This document shows positions 19,301 to 27,771 of a stretch of 46,498 nt of DNA, piece after piece (positions within the stretch are counted from its first letter, which is position 1; each line of letters opens with the position of its first letter). The notes under the pieces were generated by a model. That model had not been told where the DNA came from, made no database searches, and saw only the letters and a program-made list of their open reading frames with translations. A program made the position numbers and the translations under genes. Source of the DNA: Anaerolineae bacterium (lineage in GTDB: Bacteria > Chloroflexota > Anaerolineae > Epilineales > Epilineaceae); NCBI GenBank assembly GCA_029262755.1, contig JAJCYU010000105.1, positions 1 to 46,498 on the forward strand. The letters are read 5' to 3'.

Positions 19301-20311
19301 TGGCTTGCAGATGGTGCCGCCGCCGGCCGAAGTCGCAATCGTGTGCTCGAAGGCGCGCGGCTCGATGCGGCAGGCGCCGCTGCCGTCGCCCACCCAGATC
19401 GTGTCGCCTCCCAGCGCGTGCACGACACCGGCGCGGCATTGGTTGAAGGGCGGACCGAAGCCGGAAGTACCGTACTTCGGGTGCTGCAGGTTGTAGATCT
19501 TGCGGATGTCCGCGCCGTCTGCGCGCAAGTCGAAGAGCTGCACACGGGTCTCGTTCAGGTCGCCGATGGCCAGCGTGGCGCCGTCGGCGCTGACGGAGAG
19601 ATCGGACATGAGCGTGAAACGTCCTTCCTCCGTACCGTGGCCGCCGAAGGAGAAGAGGCGCGTGCCGGCACCATCCACGACCACCACCGTGTTCGTCTGC
19701 TTCTCGGCCACGTACACTCGCCCGTCCGGACCGACGGCGATCGACGCCCCGTCCAGATCTTCCCACGCACCAACGTAGCTGCCGTCCAGAGCGAAGATCA
19801 CCACCCGTTGCCCGCCGGTGTCCAGCACGTACAGTCGGTCTGCCGGCTCGTCCAATACCAATTTGCCGACCGCGCCCATACCGCCCGGGCCGCTGCCCAC
19901 GGTCCCGAAGGGCGGCAAGAAGGTCCCGTCCGGCAGCATGGTCAGGACGCCGCCGACGCCACGGTCCGCGATGAACACGCGCCCGTCCGCCGCCACGTCG
20001 AGGCCCACCGGATCGTCGATCGCCGACCGCCCGCCTGCGACGCGATCCGGCCAACGATCGATGCGGACGTAGGCTTCCAGTGCCGGAGCTTGAGCGTGCA
20101 CCGTGCGCGCCTTGGATCGCGCAGACTCCCTGAGGGAACTGCGCGCCGATGTTTGTCCGTTCGGACCGCTCAGCGCCACGCTCGACGCCGCAGACGAATC
20201 GTGCAAACGATCCGGAGCCACGAACGTAGCAAGAACCACCAGCAGGGCTACGCGCGCCATGCGCCACGCAGCATCGGTGACGGTGGGAACTGCGACGTGG
20301 TGACGATCCAT
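16313..20311 (-). CDS. Large secreted NHL-repeat beta-propeller / double VWA-domain protein
   Basis: NHL repeats (PVGLDVAADGRVFIAD, GIAADEVGRVYVAD) and PT-rich linkers. The C-terminal VWA has MIDAS DSSSS, T-RIDRGL, LLSDG and YTIGLG. GGAGG RBS. Confidence 0.9.
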   Translation of the reverse strand: MDRHHVAVPTVTDAAWRMARVALLVVLATFVAPDRLHDSSAASSVALSGPNGQTSARSSLRESARSKARTVHAQAPALEAYVRIDRWPDRVAGGRSAIDDPVGLDVAADGRVFIADRGVGGVLTMLPDGTFLPPFGTVGSGPGGMGAVGKLVLDEPADRLYVLDTGGQRVVIFALDGSYVGAWEDLDGASIAVGPDGRVYVAEKQTNTVVVVDGAGTRLFSFGGHGTEEGRFTLMSDLSVSADGATLAIGDLNETRVQLFDLRADGADIRKIYNLQHPKYGTSGFGPPFNQCRAGVVHALGGDTIWVGDGSGACRIEPRAFEHTIATSAGGGTICKPTVRVPLIRPALGQFYAVAAYDPNYGPCYSTRGGKDTSLPTTAAVVRYREAGLAQVDAIFLSAVNARADGGLVAPRHLSVPAPERVFVLDSTRTARYFQPDGTVIDTLGLTTRRSVGSTRRLRVDRADGAATTDALFGYYIKEHRGKRAGREDDRATPTASAAEPTPVESPTPMPTPQIRLTPGPRGPDPGGAQWIEDEHGIGFFRTTTTVEYGQQIQVIDPVWTQRFSTQSRERNEDLGRDNANHLKLVDLAFRDVNDTVYALVYERAPVTRKDDPHLLLLAAGGSPRFTRWDLPDDTSSTYAINPYEDLSVGPDGRVLVLDDHRDLVIVFAADGSSLPTISVADDVRAIAGGTRGHLFGLRESGYVERYEPDGRVSARFDGRPFAATDPQTLSGIAADEVGRVYVADEQGSVVAVFEPAPPGSDALPVPSDATCVLRGDKTAAPDDLALGEHTTVQLELDGFCGIGESPSDIMIVTLFYPPNGVPDNAGDTIRELRRLVSRIDMDKHRVGIVGYFRDSRVEIEPTHDRADLLAEIPRIARRWPPSCFIRNDRPSCGFGAKPYPVLREGMKLAARTLGPPSERRRVMVVYHAFYCNRDLAYRDGDCRPWPNAAIAAGDIRDDGIQIIVHDGNRTGWRGYRFDGSTYEADAQPLSSSDADVTFDWAGLQHRMVRYHFPGALAINLNLIDTLPANMRLVPASISAGGSAAGADVSWSQAALPYGRSAFALDVEPQQIGRWPTNVRAEATFTDGWGAPGRIVFPVPFVTVREAPPTPTPTPAPTVEPTPAPTQATPTAGPPPKPLFLPLAMRGHCLPGTLRFDVALVLDSSSSMTGAKLDAATAAVGTFLDLLDLAPGADAAALVTFDDAPRVIHDLSSDPASLRTALAIIDTRPGTRIDRGLAAAIDLLRAVPSSTRRKPMVVLLSDGRQDDPAPVITEGERARAAGIDVYTIGLGDDVDDALLVRIAASPAHAFRAPTAADLRAIYEEVGRTIPCR

Positions 20312-20553
20312 GGGTGGCCTCCCGTATCCAAGAGTGTCCGGCGCAAGGCGTGCGACACGGCGCCCACCTTCCTGGTTCCGTCGGCTCGTGGCCGGTATCC
20401 TTGCAAGTGTTGAACGCGGCCGCGCCGCCCGACTCTAAGTTTCGTCACGGATCGCGCGAGCCCTGGACGCGCTGCGGCCATAGTGTTAGCCTCGATCTAC
20501 CGGCATGCGAATGCAACTTCACCCCACGCACCCAACGATCGGAGCGACCTCTC

Positions 20554-21048
20554 ATGGCCCCCAGTTCCTCCCCTCCCCAGCCCGGCACGGGCTACGATGT
20601 CCAGCTCAAGACCTTGCCCTCGCAGACCGTCGTGACGATGCGCAAGGATACGACGCCCGAGGGCTTGCCCGAGGCCTACGGCGAGATGCTGCCCGCCACG
20701 CACCACGCGATCCAGGGTGCCGGCGGCGAGAGCGCCGGCCCGCCCTTCGGCGCGTACCACGCGTTCACGCCGGAGCACGTGGATCTGGAGGCCGGCGCGC
20801 CCGTGGTCGCCGCCATCGAGGTCGAAGAGCCCGTGCGCTGCTACCAACTGCCGGAACTGCATGTGGCCAGCCTGATGCATGAAGGGCCATACGAGGGCCT
20901 CGGCGACGCGCATGCCGCGCTCCAAGGCTGGGTCTCGCAGCAAGGGCACACGCGCAACGGCCCACCGATGGAGATCTACTGGACAGACCCGGGCGCCGAG
21001 CCGGATACGAGCAAGTGGCGCACGGAGCTCGTGCAGCCCGTCGAGTAG
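20554..21048 (+). CDS. GyrI-like small-molecule-binding domain protein
   Basis: GPPFGAYH, HEGPYEGLGDAH and MEIYWTDP...WRTEL motifs. Confidence 0.9.
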   Translation: MAPSSSPPQPGTGYDVQLKTLPSQTVVTMRKDTTPEGLPEAYGEMLPATHHAIQGAGGESAGPPFGAYHAFTPEHVDLEAGAPVVAAIEVEEPVRCYQLPELHVASLMHEGPYEGLGDAHAALQGWVSQQGHTRNGPPMEIYWTDPGAEPDTSKWRTELVQPVE

Positions 21049-21199
21049 TCGCGCGGCCCGTCGAGCACCCGCGCGGCCGGGTCGCGTCAGCGAGAGATCG
21101 GTCACCTAGGCGCGCGACACGTGGGATCGGCGCGTAGCCCGTTGCGAACACGGCCGGTAGGACAAAGCCGGCGTGTACTGCGTCCTGCATTCGGCCGCG

Positions 21200-22108
21200 C
21201 TACACGCCGTCCGTCTCGTCGCCGAAGAGCTTCGGCTGCACCGGCGGCGTCGCCGTGTCCGCCCGCGGCTCCGCCTCCCCCGGCCAAGGCGGCATTGCGC
21301 CCACCGGTGCCCCGCGTTCGCGCAGCATCGCATGCCAGGTGCGGGCGAGCTGAGGCGCGCCCGTGTCGCCCGGCAAGTGGATGAATAGCACCGGGCGACG
21401 GCCTTCGGCGATCCATGCGGTAAAGCGATCGGCCCATTCCTCCAGCCAGGGGGCGTTGGCCGGAAGGTCGGGATCGGCGATCAGGCGCACGACGGGCTGG
21501 TCGCCCAGCTGTTGCGGCCACACCGGTAGATCGGGTTTGCGCTGCCTGGCCTTTTCGGCCTCCGGCTCGTGTACCGCCGATGCGCGGAGCGGGCGGCTAT
21601 CGAGGACCACGCGGTCGGCGCCGTGCTCGGCCAAGAGGGCGTCGACGTCCGTGACCCATTGCTCGGAGAAGAGGGTGGGGTGCCGCAGCTCCACCGCGAC
21701 GTCCAGCCACCGGGGCAGCGTGTCGAGGTAGGCAGCGAGCGTAGGGAGCTGAGCGCGGCCGAAGCGCGGCGGCAGCTGGAGCATCGTGGGTCCGAGCCGC
21801 GAGCGTGCTGCGTCCAACGCGTCGAGGAACATCCGCGTCTCGACCTCGGCATCCACGAGCCCACGGTCGTGGGTGATGGCGCGGGGGACCTTGAAGGAGA
21901 ACCCGAAGCCCGGCGGCGTTTGGGCGGCCCAAGCCGCGAGGCGCTGCGGAGTCGGGATCGCGTAGAAGGTCGGGTTGCCTTCCACGGAGTTGAACACGGA
22001 CGCGTATTCGCCGAGCCGGTCCGACGCCTTGGCGTCCCGCGAGTAGAGCGAGCCGTGCCAGGAGCGAGAACCCCAGATCGGCAGGCCCAAGCCGTAGCGT
22101 TCGATCAT
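21200..22108 (-). CDS. DUF72 (YecE-like) protein
   Basis: GLPIW, SVEGNPTFYAIP, FSFKVPRAITH, LQLPP, AVELRH, FIHLP. Confidence 0.9.
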   Translation of the reverse strand: MIERYGLGLPIWGSRSWHGSLYSRDAKASDRLGEYASVFNSVEGNPTFYAIPTPQRLAAWAAQTPPGFGFSFKVPRAITHDRGLVDAEVETRMFLDALDAARSRLGPTMLQLPPRFGRAQLPTLAAYLDTLPRWLDVAVELRHPTLFSEQWVTDVDALLAEHGADRVVLDSRPLRASAVHEPEAEKARQRKPDLPVWPQQLGDQPVVRLIADPDLPANAPWLEEWADRFTAWIAEGRRPVLFIHLPGDTGAPQLARTWHAMLRERGAPVGAMPPWPGEAEPRADTATPPVQPKLFGDETDGV

Positions 22109-22352
22109 GGTAGGCGCCCTTGGAGAGCGGGAGGGGAGAGGGAGAGGAAGAGGCAGCGACAACCAGTGCCGGCCGGGTAGCCGCGCTCACGGTACGAGCT
22201 CGCGCGAGGAGCGTCAATCGCAAAATTCGAGAGCGACGTGCGGTCTCGACAGCCCCGGGGGCCCCTGGTACCGTCGGCTCCTCGGCGCGCCGATATCCTC
22301 TTGCCGAGAAGTCCGGATCGTTTCCACCGACGACGCGAGCGAGTTGCCTGTA

Positions 22353-22925
22353 ATGTCCACATTCCGCAAGGCGGTACGAAATCTCGCTCCGACTGGTGAG
22401 GAGCGACGTACGATGATCATCGGCGCCGTCGTGCCCGCTCTGATCGGGCTGTTCGCAGTGATCGGCTTGGGCAGACTATCCGGCTACGATGCGCGCATCC
22501 TCTACAGTGCCGCCATCCCAAGCCTGCGGCTCCTCAGCTCCACGGTGAGCACGGCCGCGGCCACGATTCTGGCCCTGATGGTCACCGTGCTCAGCCTGAG
22601 TTCCAATGCCGATGCCGATCTACCCCTCGAACACTATCGCCGCATCGAGCGCATCGCGTTTCTATGCACCGCGGCGCTCATCGGCGCGTTGGTGTCTCTC
22701 CTGGTCTACGGTCTGCCCATCCAGGAATCCGACAAGATTGAAGGCTCGTGGTTCATCGTCGTCTACTTCCTCGGCTCGGCGACCGGCGCCAGTCTTGCGG
22801 CGATCATGATGGCCGTGATGCTGCAGCTGCTTGCCACGGTCAATCAGGTAATCCTTGCCTATCGACCGGACGTAGCGGAAGAGAACGCAGAGACGCGCAG
22901 TGCGAAGGACGCTTCGCCCGGATGA
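22353..22925 (+). CDS. Hypothetical integral membrane protein (4 TM)
   Basis: Four hydrophobic segments. The stop overlaps the next ATG. Start is uncertain. Confidence 0.7.
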   Translation: MSTFRKAVRNLAPTGEERRTMIIGAVVPALIGLFAVIGLGRLSGYDARILYSAAIPSLRLLSSTVSTAAATILALMVTVLSLSSNADADLPLEHYRRIERIAFLCTAALIGALVSLLVYGLPIQESDKIEGSWFIVVYFLGSATGASLAAIMMAVMLQLLATVNQVILAYRPDVAEENAETRSAKDASPG

Positions 22926-24799
22926 GGACTCGTCCGCAGGATGCATCCGACGATCGTACTCGCGCGGCGGGGTCGTTCGCCCGAGTGAGCGCCGGCGCTA
23001 CCGTGTGCGTCGCGCTTGTCGTTGTCGTGGGCGCCGTCTTGCGTCCTACGGATAGCGTCTCCGTTCCGAACACTGTTCAGTTCGCCGACGTTCCCGAAGA
23101 GGAGCAGGCAGGCTACCAGGTTCTCCACCAACTCGAGATCCCGGCCGAGGGTCCCGGCTACCACCAACAGCCACCACCCTACACCATCGACCGTTCCGCG
23201 GAGCTGGGCGATCGCTTCGACCGCGTCGCGTACCATCTTGCGCTCGAAGGGCGCGGTTTCGCGGGCACACGGACTCTGTGGGTCTCGATGGCCGCCTTCA
23301 CGGACACGTTGCGGCACCTCGGCTTGCCTGTCCTCTCGACCGGCGCGGTGTTCCAACGCGCCGTGCAAGAGCTCCATGTATACGGCAGCGAGACCGATCT
23401 GCCGCGCGGCGCGAAGTTGGGCGCGGGTGCAATCGAGTTCTGGCCGCACAACTACACGCCGATCAACGAGCGGCGCGTTCCAGGCGCGGATGACAGCGCC
23501 TACGACCACGGCGATCTCCCGGTCGATCCGCGGGAGGGCTACGGATCGCTGCAAGTGCATCACCCCGACTCGGCCACGGTCTTGTTCGCCTGGAACGGGT
23601 GGGGCAGCACCGGCGCCTCCGATCTGGGCATCGGCACGAGCCGCATGGGGCACGCGGACTGGACCTTCGCGCAGAACGCCGGCGACTACGCGCGGCGAAC
23701 GCTCACGATCCTCGTCCGCCCCACGACCCCGCTTTCGTCCACGTCGTCGATCACGTCTACGTTGCAGCTTTTCGCCCCCCGCGCCCACGCGGTACACCAG
23801 CGGGACGGCGCGAACCGTGCGCGCGTGCCGATCGTCGGGCGCGCGAGCGCGGGCGGGCTGACGGCGCAGGCACGCGCGCACCCGCTTGCGCCCGACGGCT
23901 CGCCGGCCGACCCCGCGACGCCGTGGCGGACGCTTGCGCTTGCGCCGGACGGACACATCCGGGATGCGCTCGTCCTCGATGCCGGATGGTACGCGGTGGA
24001 GGTCGGGCTCTTCGCATCGACGGATCGCGAGACGACGGGCGATCCGCTCGTGACGCGGCGGATCGGGCCGGTCGGCGTCGGTGAGGTTTTCATCTCGGCC
24101 GGCCAGTCCAACTCGGCCAACCACGGCATGCCGCAGAGCGAGCCGCGGGATCGGCGCGTCACGGCGGGCGGGCTCGACGGATGGCGGCCCGCGTGGGACC
24201 CGCAACCGGTCGCGACCGGTGACGGCGGCTCGCCATGGCCCGCGTTCGCGGACCGGATCGCCGCGGAACTCGACGTGCCGGTCGGTCTCGTGTCCGTCGG
24301 CTGGGGAGGCACGCAGGTCAGCCAGTGGCTGCCCAACGGCACGCTCTATCCGCGGCTGCGTGACGCCATCGAAGCGCTGCGGCCCAACGGCGCCCGTGCC
24401 GTATTGTGGCACCAAGGGGAGTCCGACGCCCAAGGTGGCACGGCGTCGGACGACTATGCACGCAGGTTGGCGGTCATCATCGCCGCGTCGCGCGATGACG
24501 CAGGGTTCGCGTTGCCGTGGGGCGTCGCGCGCGGCGGTTTCATGCCCGGCATCGTCCCTGAGTGGATCGCGGCCGTCGTCTCCGGCCAGGACGCGGTGAT
24601 CGCCGCGGACCCGGCCGTGTTCGCCGGCCCACCGACCGACGACCTCGTCGGCGCGGCCTGGAGGCACGACACGGTTCACTTCAACGCAGCGGGTCTCGAC
24701 GAACATGGTGAGCGTTGGGCAAGGCACGTGCTAGGCTGGCTCCGCGACGGTGGCCGATTGCCCGGCGGCGCCCCGACGGCGTTGCCACCGCCGGACTAG
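22922..24799 (+). CDS. Sialate O-acetylesterase (SASA/SGNH) domain protein with an extra N-terminal domain
   Basis: GVGEVFISAGQSNS, VPVGLV..GWGGT, WHQGESD and DTVH catalytic motifs. N-terminal TM/signal. Confidence 0.85.
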   Translation: MRTRPQDASDDRTRAAGSFARVSAGATVCVALVVVVGAVLRPTDSVSVPNTVQFADVPEEEQAGYQVLHQLEIPAEGPGYHQQPPPYTIDRSAELGDRFDRVAYHLALEGRGFAGTRTLWVSMAAFTDTLRHLGLPVLSTGAVFQRAVQELHVYGSETDLPRGAKLGAGAIEFWPHNYTPINERRVPGADDSAYDHGDLPVDPREGYGSLQVHHPDSATVLFAWNGWGSTGASDLGIGTSRMGHADWTFAQNAGDYARRTLTILVRPTTPLSSTSSITSTLQLFAPRAHAVHQRDGANRARVPIVGRASAGGLTAQARAHPLAPDGSPADPATPWRTLALAPDGHIRDALVLDAGWYAVEVGLFASTDRETTGDPLVTRRIGPVGVGEVFISAGQSNSANHGMPQSEPRDRRVTAGGLDGWRPAWDPQPVATGDGGSPWPAFADRIAAELDVPVGLVSVGWGGTQVSQWLPNGTLYPRLRDAIEALRPNGARAVLWHQGESDAQGGTASDDYARRLAVIIAASRDDAGFALPWGVARGGFMPGIVPEWIAAVVSGQDAVIAADPAVFAGPPTDDLVGAAWRHDTVHFNAAGLDEHGERWARHVLGWLRDGGRLPGGAPTALPPPD

Positions 24800-24883
24800 C
24801 ACAGTTCTCAGCCAGCCCTGCAACCCCCTCGGCGACCAACCGCACGTACGGACCGCGCACATGCCCTCGACCGGAGCACAGCC

Positions 24884-25480
24884 ATGTCTCGTCCCCAGCC
24901 CTCGCCGCTACCCCTTGTCGCCCTGTTTCGCGGCATCAACGTCGGTGGTCGCAACGTGCTGAAGATGGCGGATCTGCGGGATCTGCTACGCGGCTTGGGG
25001 CTGCACGACGTGCAGACCTACATCCAGAGCGGCAACGTTGTCTTTCGCATGGATGATGCGGACGCCCCTGGTAGTGCAGGCGCCGGCGAGCGCGACCTCG
25101 CGGCCTTACGTGCGCGTATCGAAGACGCCGTGGAGGCGGCGCACGGATTCCGGCCGCGGGTGCTTGTGCTTGGCGGAGAGGAATTGCTCAGCGCCATCGC
25201 CGCCAACCCCTATCCCGAAGCAATGGCGGAACCAAAGACGCTGCACCTCTTCTTCTTGGAACAGGTGGCCTCAGAAGCGGACCTCGACACGTTGAACGAA
25301 CTGCGGCGCGACGGCGAGCGCTTCGCGTTGTTTGAGCGTGTCTTCTATCTCCATGCCCCCGCGGGCATTGGGCGTTCGAAGCTTGCGTCGAAGGTCGAGC
25401 GCGCTCTGGGCGTGGCCGCGACAGCACGCAACGGACGCAGTGTGGCGGCCATCGGGAACATCGTGGCGCCTCCCGAGTAG
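24884..25480 (+). CDS. DUF1697 family protein
   Basis: VALFRGINVGG.N.LKMADLR, VQTYIQSGNVVF, ANPY, ATARN. Confidence 0.9.
   Translation: MSRPQPSPLPLVALFRGINVGGRNVLKMADLRDLLRGLGLHDVQTYIQSGNVVFRMDDADAPGSAGAGERDLAALRARIEDAVEAAHGFRPRVLVLGGEELLSAIAANPYPEAMAEPKTLHLFFLEQVASEADLDTLNELRRDGERFALFERVFYLHAPAGIGRSKLASKVERALGVAATARNGRSVAAIGNIVAPPE
25454..25480 (+). promoter_or_regulatory. ECF-type promoter, copy 2 (inside the 3' end of DUF1697)
   Basis: GGGAACATC-N14-GTAG. The GTAG includes the DUF1697 stop codon. Confidence 0.65.
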
Positions 25481-25561
25481 AAAGGCTGTCGCATACACAG
25501 AAGCACGGCGACACCGCCCGCACCAGCTCGTGACCTCGACACATTCAGGGAGGAACCACTC

Positions 25562-26527
25562 ATGCGCACGTTGAAGCTGTTCACCATGACCATGTTGTTG
25601 CTGGCTTCGTTGGGCCTCGCGGCCTGCACGAACACCGACGTCTCAGGTACGGCCGGCGACACGCCGCCTGAGGTTCCCGGCAAAGAGGTTCCGCCGGACC
25701 CCCAGAATCCGCCCGAGAAGCCCGGCGGCAACGTCGATCCCGGTTCCGGTAACACCGATCCCGGCCAAGAGAAGGGTGGCGCGAACGATCCCGGTAGCGG
25801 TGGCAACGCCGATGCCAGCAAGGAGATCACCCTCGAGAGCTTCCTTGCCCAGCTGAACCCGTCCCAGCGTCTGGACTTCGCCTACATCGAAGAGCACTGC
25901 GGAGCTCCGTGCCTCGAGGCGAGCGAAGCCTTGAACGCCTTCATCCAAGAGCTGTGCGCCACGAGCCCGGACGACTGCACCGCCGAGCTGCAGGCCATGC
26001 TCACCAAGCAGCGCACGACGACGCAGGTCCGCAACGATCAGGGTCTGGTCGGGCTGCCCAACGCGGACACCGTTTCCAAGCTCCTCCAGCAGTCGCAGGG
26101 CGGCGCCCCGGCGGGCGGCGGTGACACCAGTGGCGGCGACGCCGGCACAGGTGGCGGCGACACGGGCGGCCAGGCCGGTGGCGGCGACACCGGTGGCGAC
26201 ACCGGTGGCCAGGCCGGCGGCGGCGACAACAAGGGTGGCGACGAGGGCAAGGCGCTCCCGGCCGCGCCGGTAGCAGCAGCGGCGGCCGTGCAGGCGGTCA
26301 TCGAGAGCATCGGTCTTGACACGCTTAGCTGGAACGAGATCGCGGGTGCGGCCGACAAGGCGGACGTCGCAGCCCTGGCCACGTACTTCCAGCAGATCAC
26401 GGAGGGCGGCCTCGCGCTACCCGGCTGCGACGACTGCGTGGACACGATGAACGACCTGATGGGCGGCAACAACGTGGACGTGGATGACATCCGCAACCTG
26501 TTGATCGCCATCCAGACCATCGGCTGA
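25562..26527 (+). CDS. Two-domain Cys-containing lipoprotein, paralog A
   Basis: GGGAGG RBS, lipobox LAAC, Pro/Gly linker, 4-Cys domain, GGDT linker and CxxC domain. Confidence 0.9.
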   Translation: MRTLKLFTMTMLLLASLGLAACTNTDVSGTAGDTPPEVPGKEVPPDPQNPPEKPGGNVDPGSGNTDPGQEKGGANDPGSGGNADASKEITLESFLAQLNPSQRLDFAYIEEHCGAPCLEASEALNAFIQELCATSPDDCTAELQAMLTKQRTTTQVRNDQGLVGLPNADTVSKLLQQSQGGAPAGGGDTSGGDAGTGGGDTGGQAGGGDTGGDTGGQAGGGDNKGGDEGKALPAAPVAAAAAVQAVIESIGLDTLSWNEIAGAADKADVAALATYFQQITEGGLALPGCDDCVDTMNDLMGGNNVDVDDIRNLLIAIQTIG

Positions 26528-26598
26528 GGCAGTTCGAACACGAATCAATCGTGATCGCGGAGCAGCAGCCCACGATCGCAAGCGAACGATCAACGTGC

Positions 26599-26630
26599 GA
26601 GGAGGGCGTCCCCCCGGGGACGCCTTTCTC
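26599..26630. terminator. Hairpin downstream of paralog A
   Basis: GAGGAGGGCGTCCCC/GGGGACGCCTTTCTC imperfect inverted repeat. Confidence 0.55.
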
Positions 26631-26686
26631 GCGTCTCATCGCAGCCGGCGGCTCCAGTCTGCTCCACCGCCAGCGTCTACCGCCCA

Positions 26687-26851
26687 CCGCGCCAGTCGGG
26701 TTCGCGTTCTCCTCGCCGGGTCTATCCCTCGCCGCGCCAGTCGGGTTCGCGTTCGCCTCGCCGGGTCTATCCCTCGCCGCGCCAGTCGGGTTCGCGTTCG
26801 CCTCGACCGGTCTATCCCTCGCCGCGCCAGTCGGGTTCGCGTTCGCCTCGC
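26687..26851. repeat. 45-bp tandem repeat, about 3.6 copies
   Basis: Unit CGCGCCAGTCGGGTTCGCGTTCGCCTCGCCGGGTCTATCCCTCGC starting at 26688, 26733, 26778 and 26823. Confidence 0.95.
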
Positions 26852-27588
26852 ATGAACAGGGCGAGGTAGTCCGCCGAAGGGTGTCGGGTTGCGGCGATGG
26901 CACGCAGCACCGCGGCGTTGTCATAGGCCACGTACCGGCGCTCCAGCTCGTAGCCGCTTTCGTCGGCATGCAACAGGACGTACTTGGCCCGCAGGTCATC
27001 GCCGACAGGGTTGCTCACGCTGCCGAGGTTGACCGCCCGCACGCCGCCTACCGTCCGGTCCACCGGCCAATGGGTGTGCCCGGTGAAGACCAGGTCGGCA
27101 TCGGCGTCGGCCAGGAGGGCTCCAAGCTCTTCGTCGGACTGAGCCGGGTGGATCCCGGGTCCGTCGTCGGTGCCGGGTGCGGCGTGCACGCCAAGGACGC
27201 GCGTGCCGTCGGGCAGGGTTTCGCGCAGCTCGAGGGACAGGGACGCGAGGTGATCCAGGTGCGCGGTGCGCAGCGCACCGCGAGTCCAGCCGAAGCTCGC
27301 GCTGAGGCCGAGCAGATTGGCCAGACGATCGGGCCGGCTGCGCAGTACCGTGGCGGCGGTCTCGAGGTCCACGCCGTCCAGCGTCAGCCGGTCCGTGTTG
27401 CCGCGCGTGAAGCGCGCATTGGGCAGCGCGAGCAGGCGCTCCATGGCGCCGAGAGGGTCGTAGCCGAGCGCCGCAAGGTCACCGAGCACCCAATGGGCAT
27501 CGGCGCCCCCGGCCGCGGTGAGGTCGGCCAGGACGGCATCGAGGGCGATGGGATTGCCGTGCACGTCGGAGAGGATTGCGACTCGCAT
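26812..27588 (-). CDS. Metallophosphoesterase (calcineurin-like, YfcE/MJ0936 type)
   Basis: SDVHGN, LGDL, RGNTD, VHAAP, GHTH, NLGSV. Confidence 0.95.
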   Translation of the reverse strand: [258 protein letters not shown]

Positions 27589-27629
27589 GACGCGATGGTG
27601 CCCGAACTTGGCCGAATGCGCACATCGGT

Positions 27630-27656
27630 GGGAACATCTCCTAGAGGCGGGCGTAC
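27630..27656 (+). promoter_or_regulatory. ECF-type promoter, copy 3
   Basis: GGGAACATC-N14-GTAC upstream of 27772. Confidence 0.65.
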
Positions 27657-27771
27657 AAGGACCGTACCCATCATCAAACAGCCGTGGCCGCACGCGATCA
27701 CGGAGAGCCTTTCCAGCCCCCCAACGTGGCGGATCTTCGCGATCCCCGCGCCCCAAGATGGAGCCATCGGC

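Noticed and set aside
18230-20413. 727-aa plus-strand ORF (and similar 22859..24727 -, 31378..32928 +, 1908..3287 +)
   Set aside because: Antisense shadows of well-supported genes, common at this GC content, with no motifs.
26687-26851. CRISPR array
   Set aside because: Head-to-tail 45-bp units with no spacers, derived from a coding 3' end.
26551-27771. N-terminal 400 aa of the 662-aa ORF 26551..28539
   Set aside because: It is the antisense shadow of the metallophosphoesterase plus the repeat. The RBS and promoter support a start at 27772.
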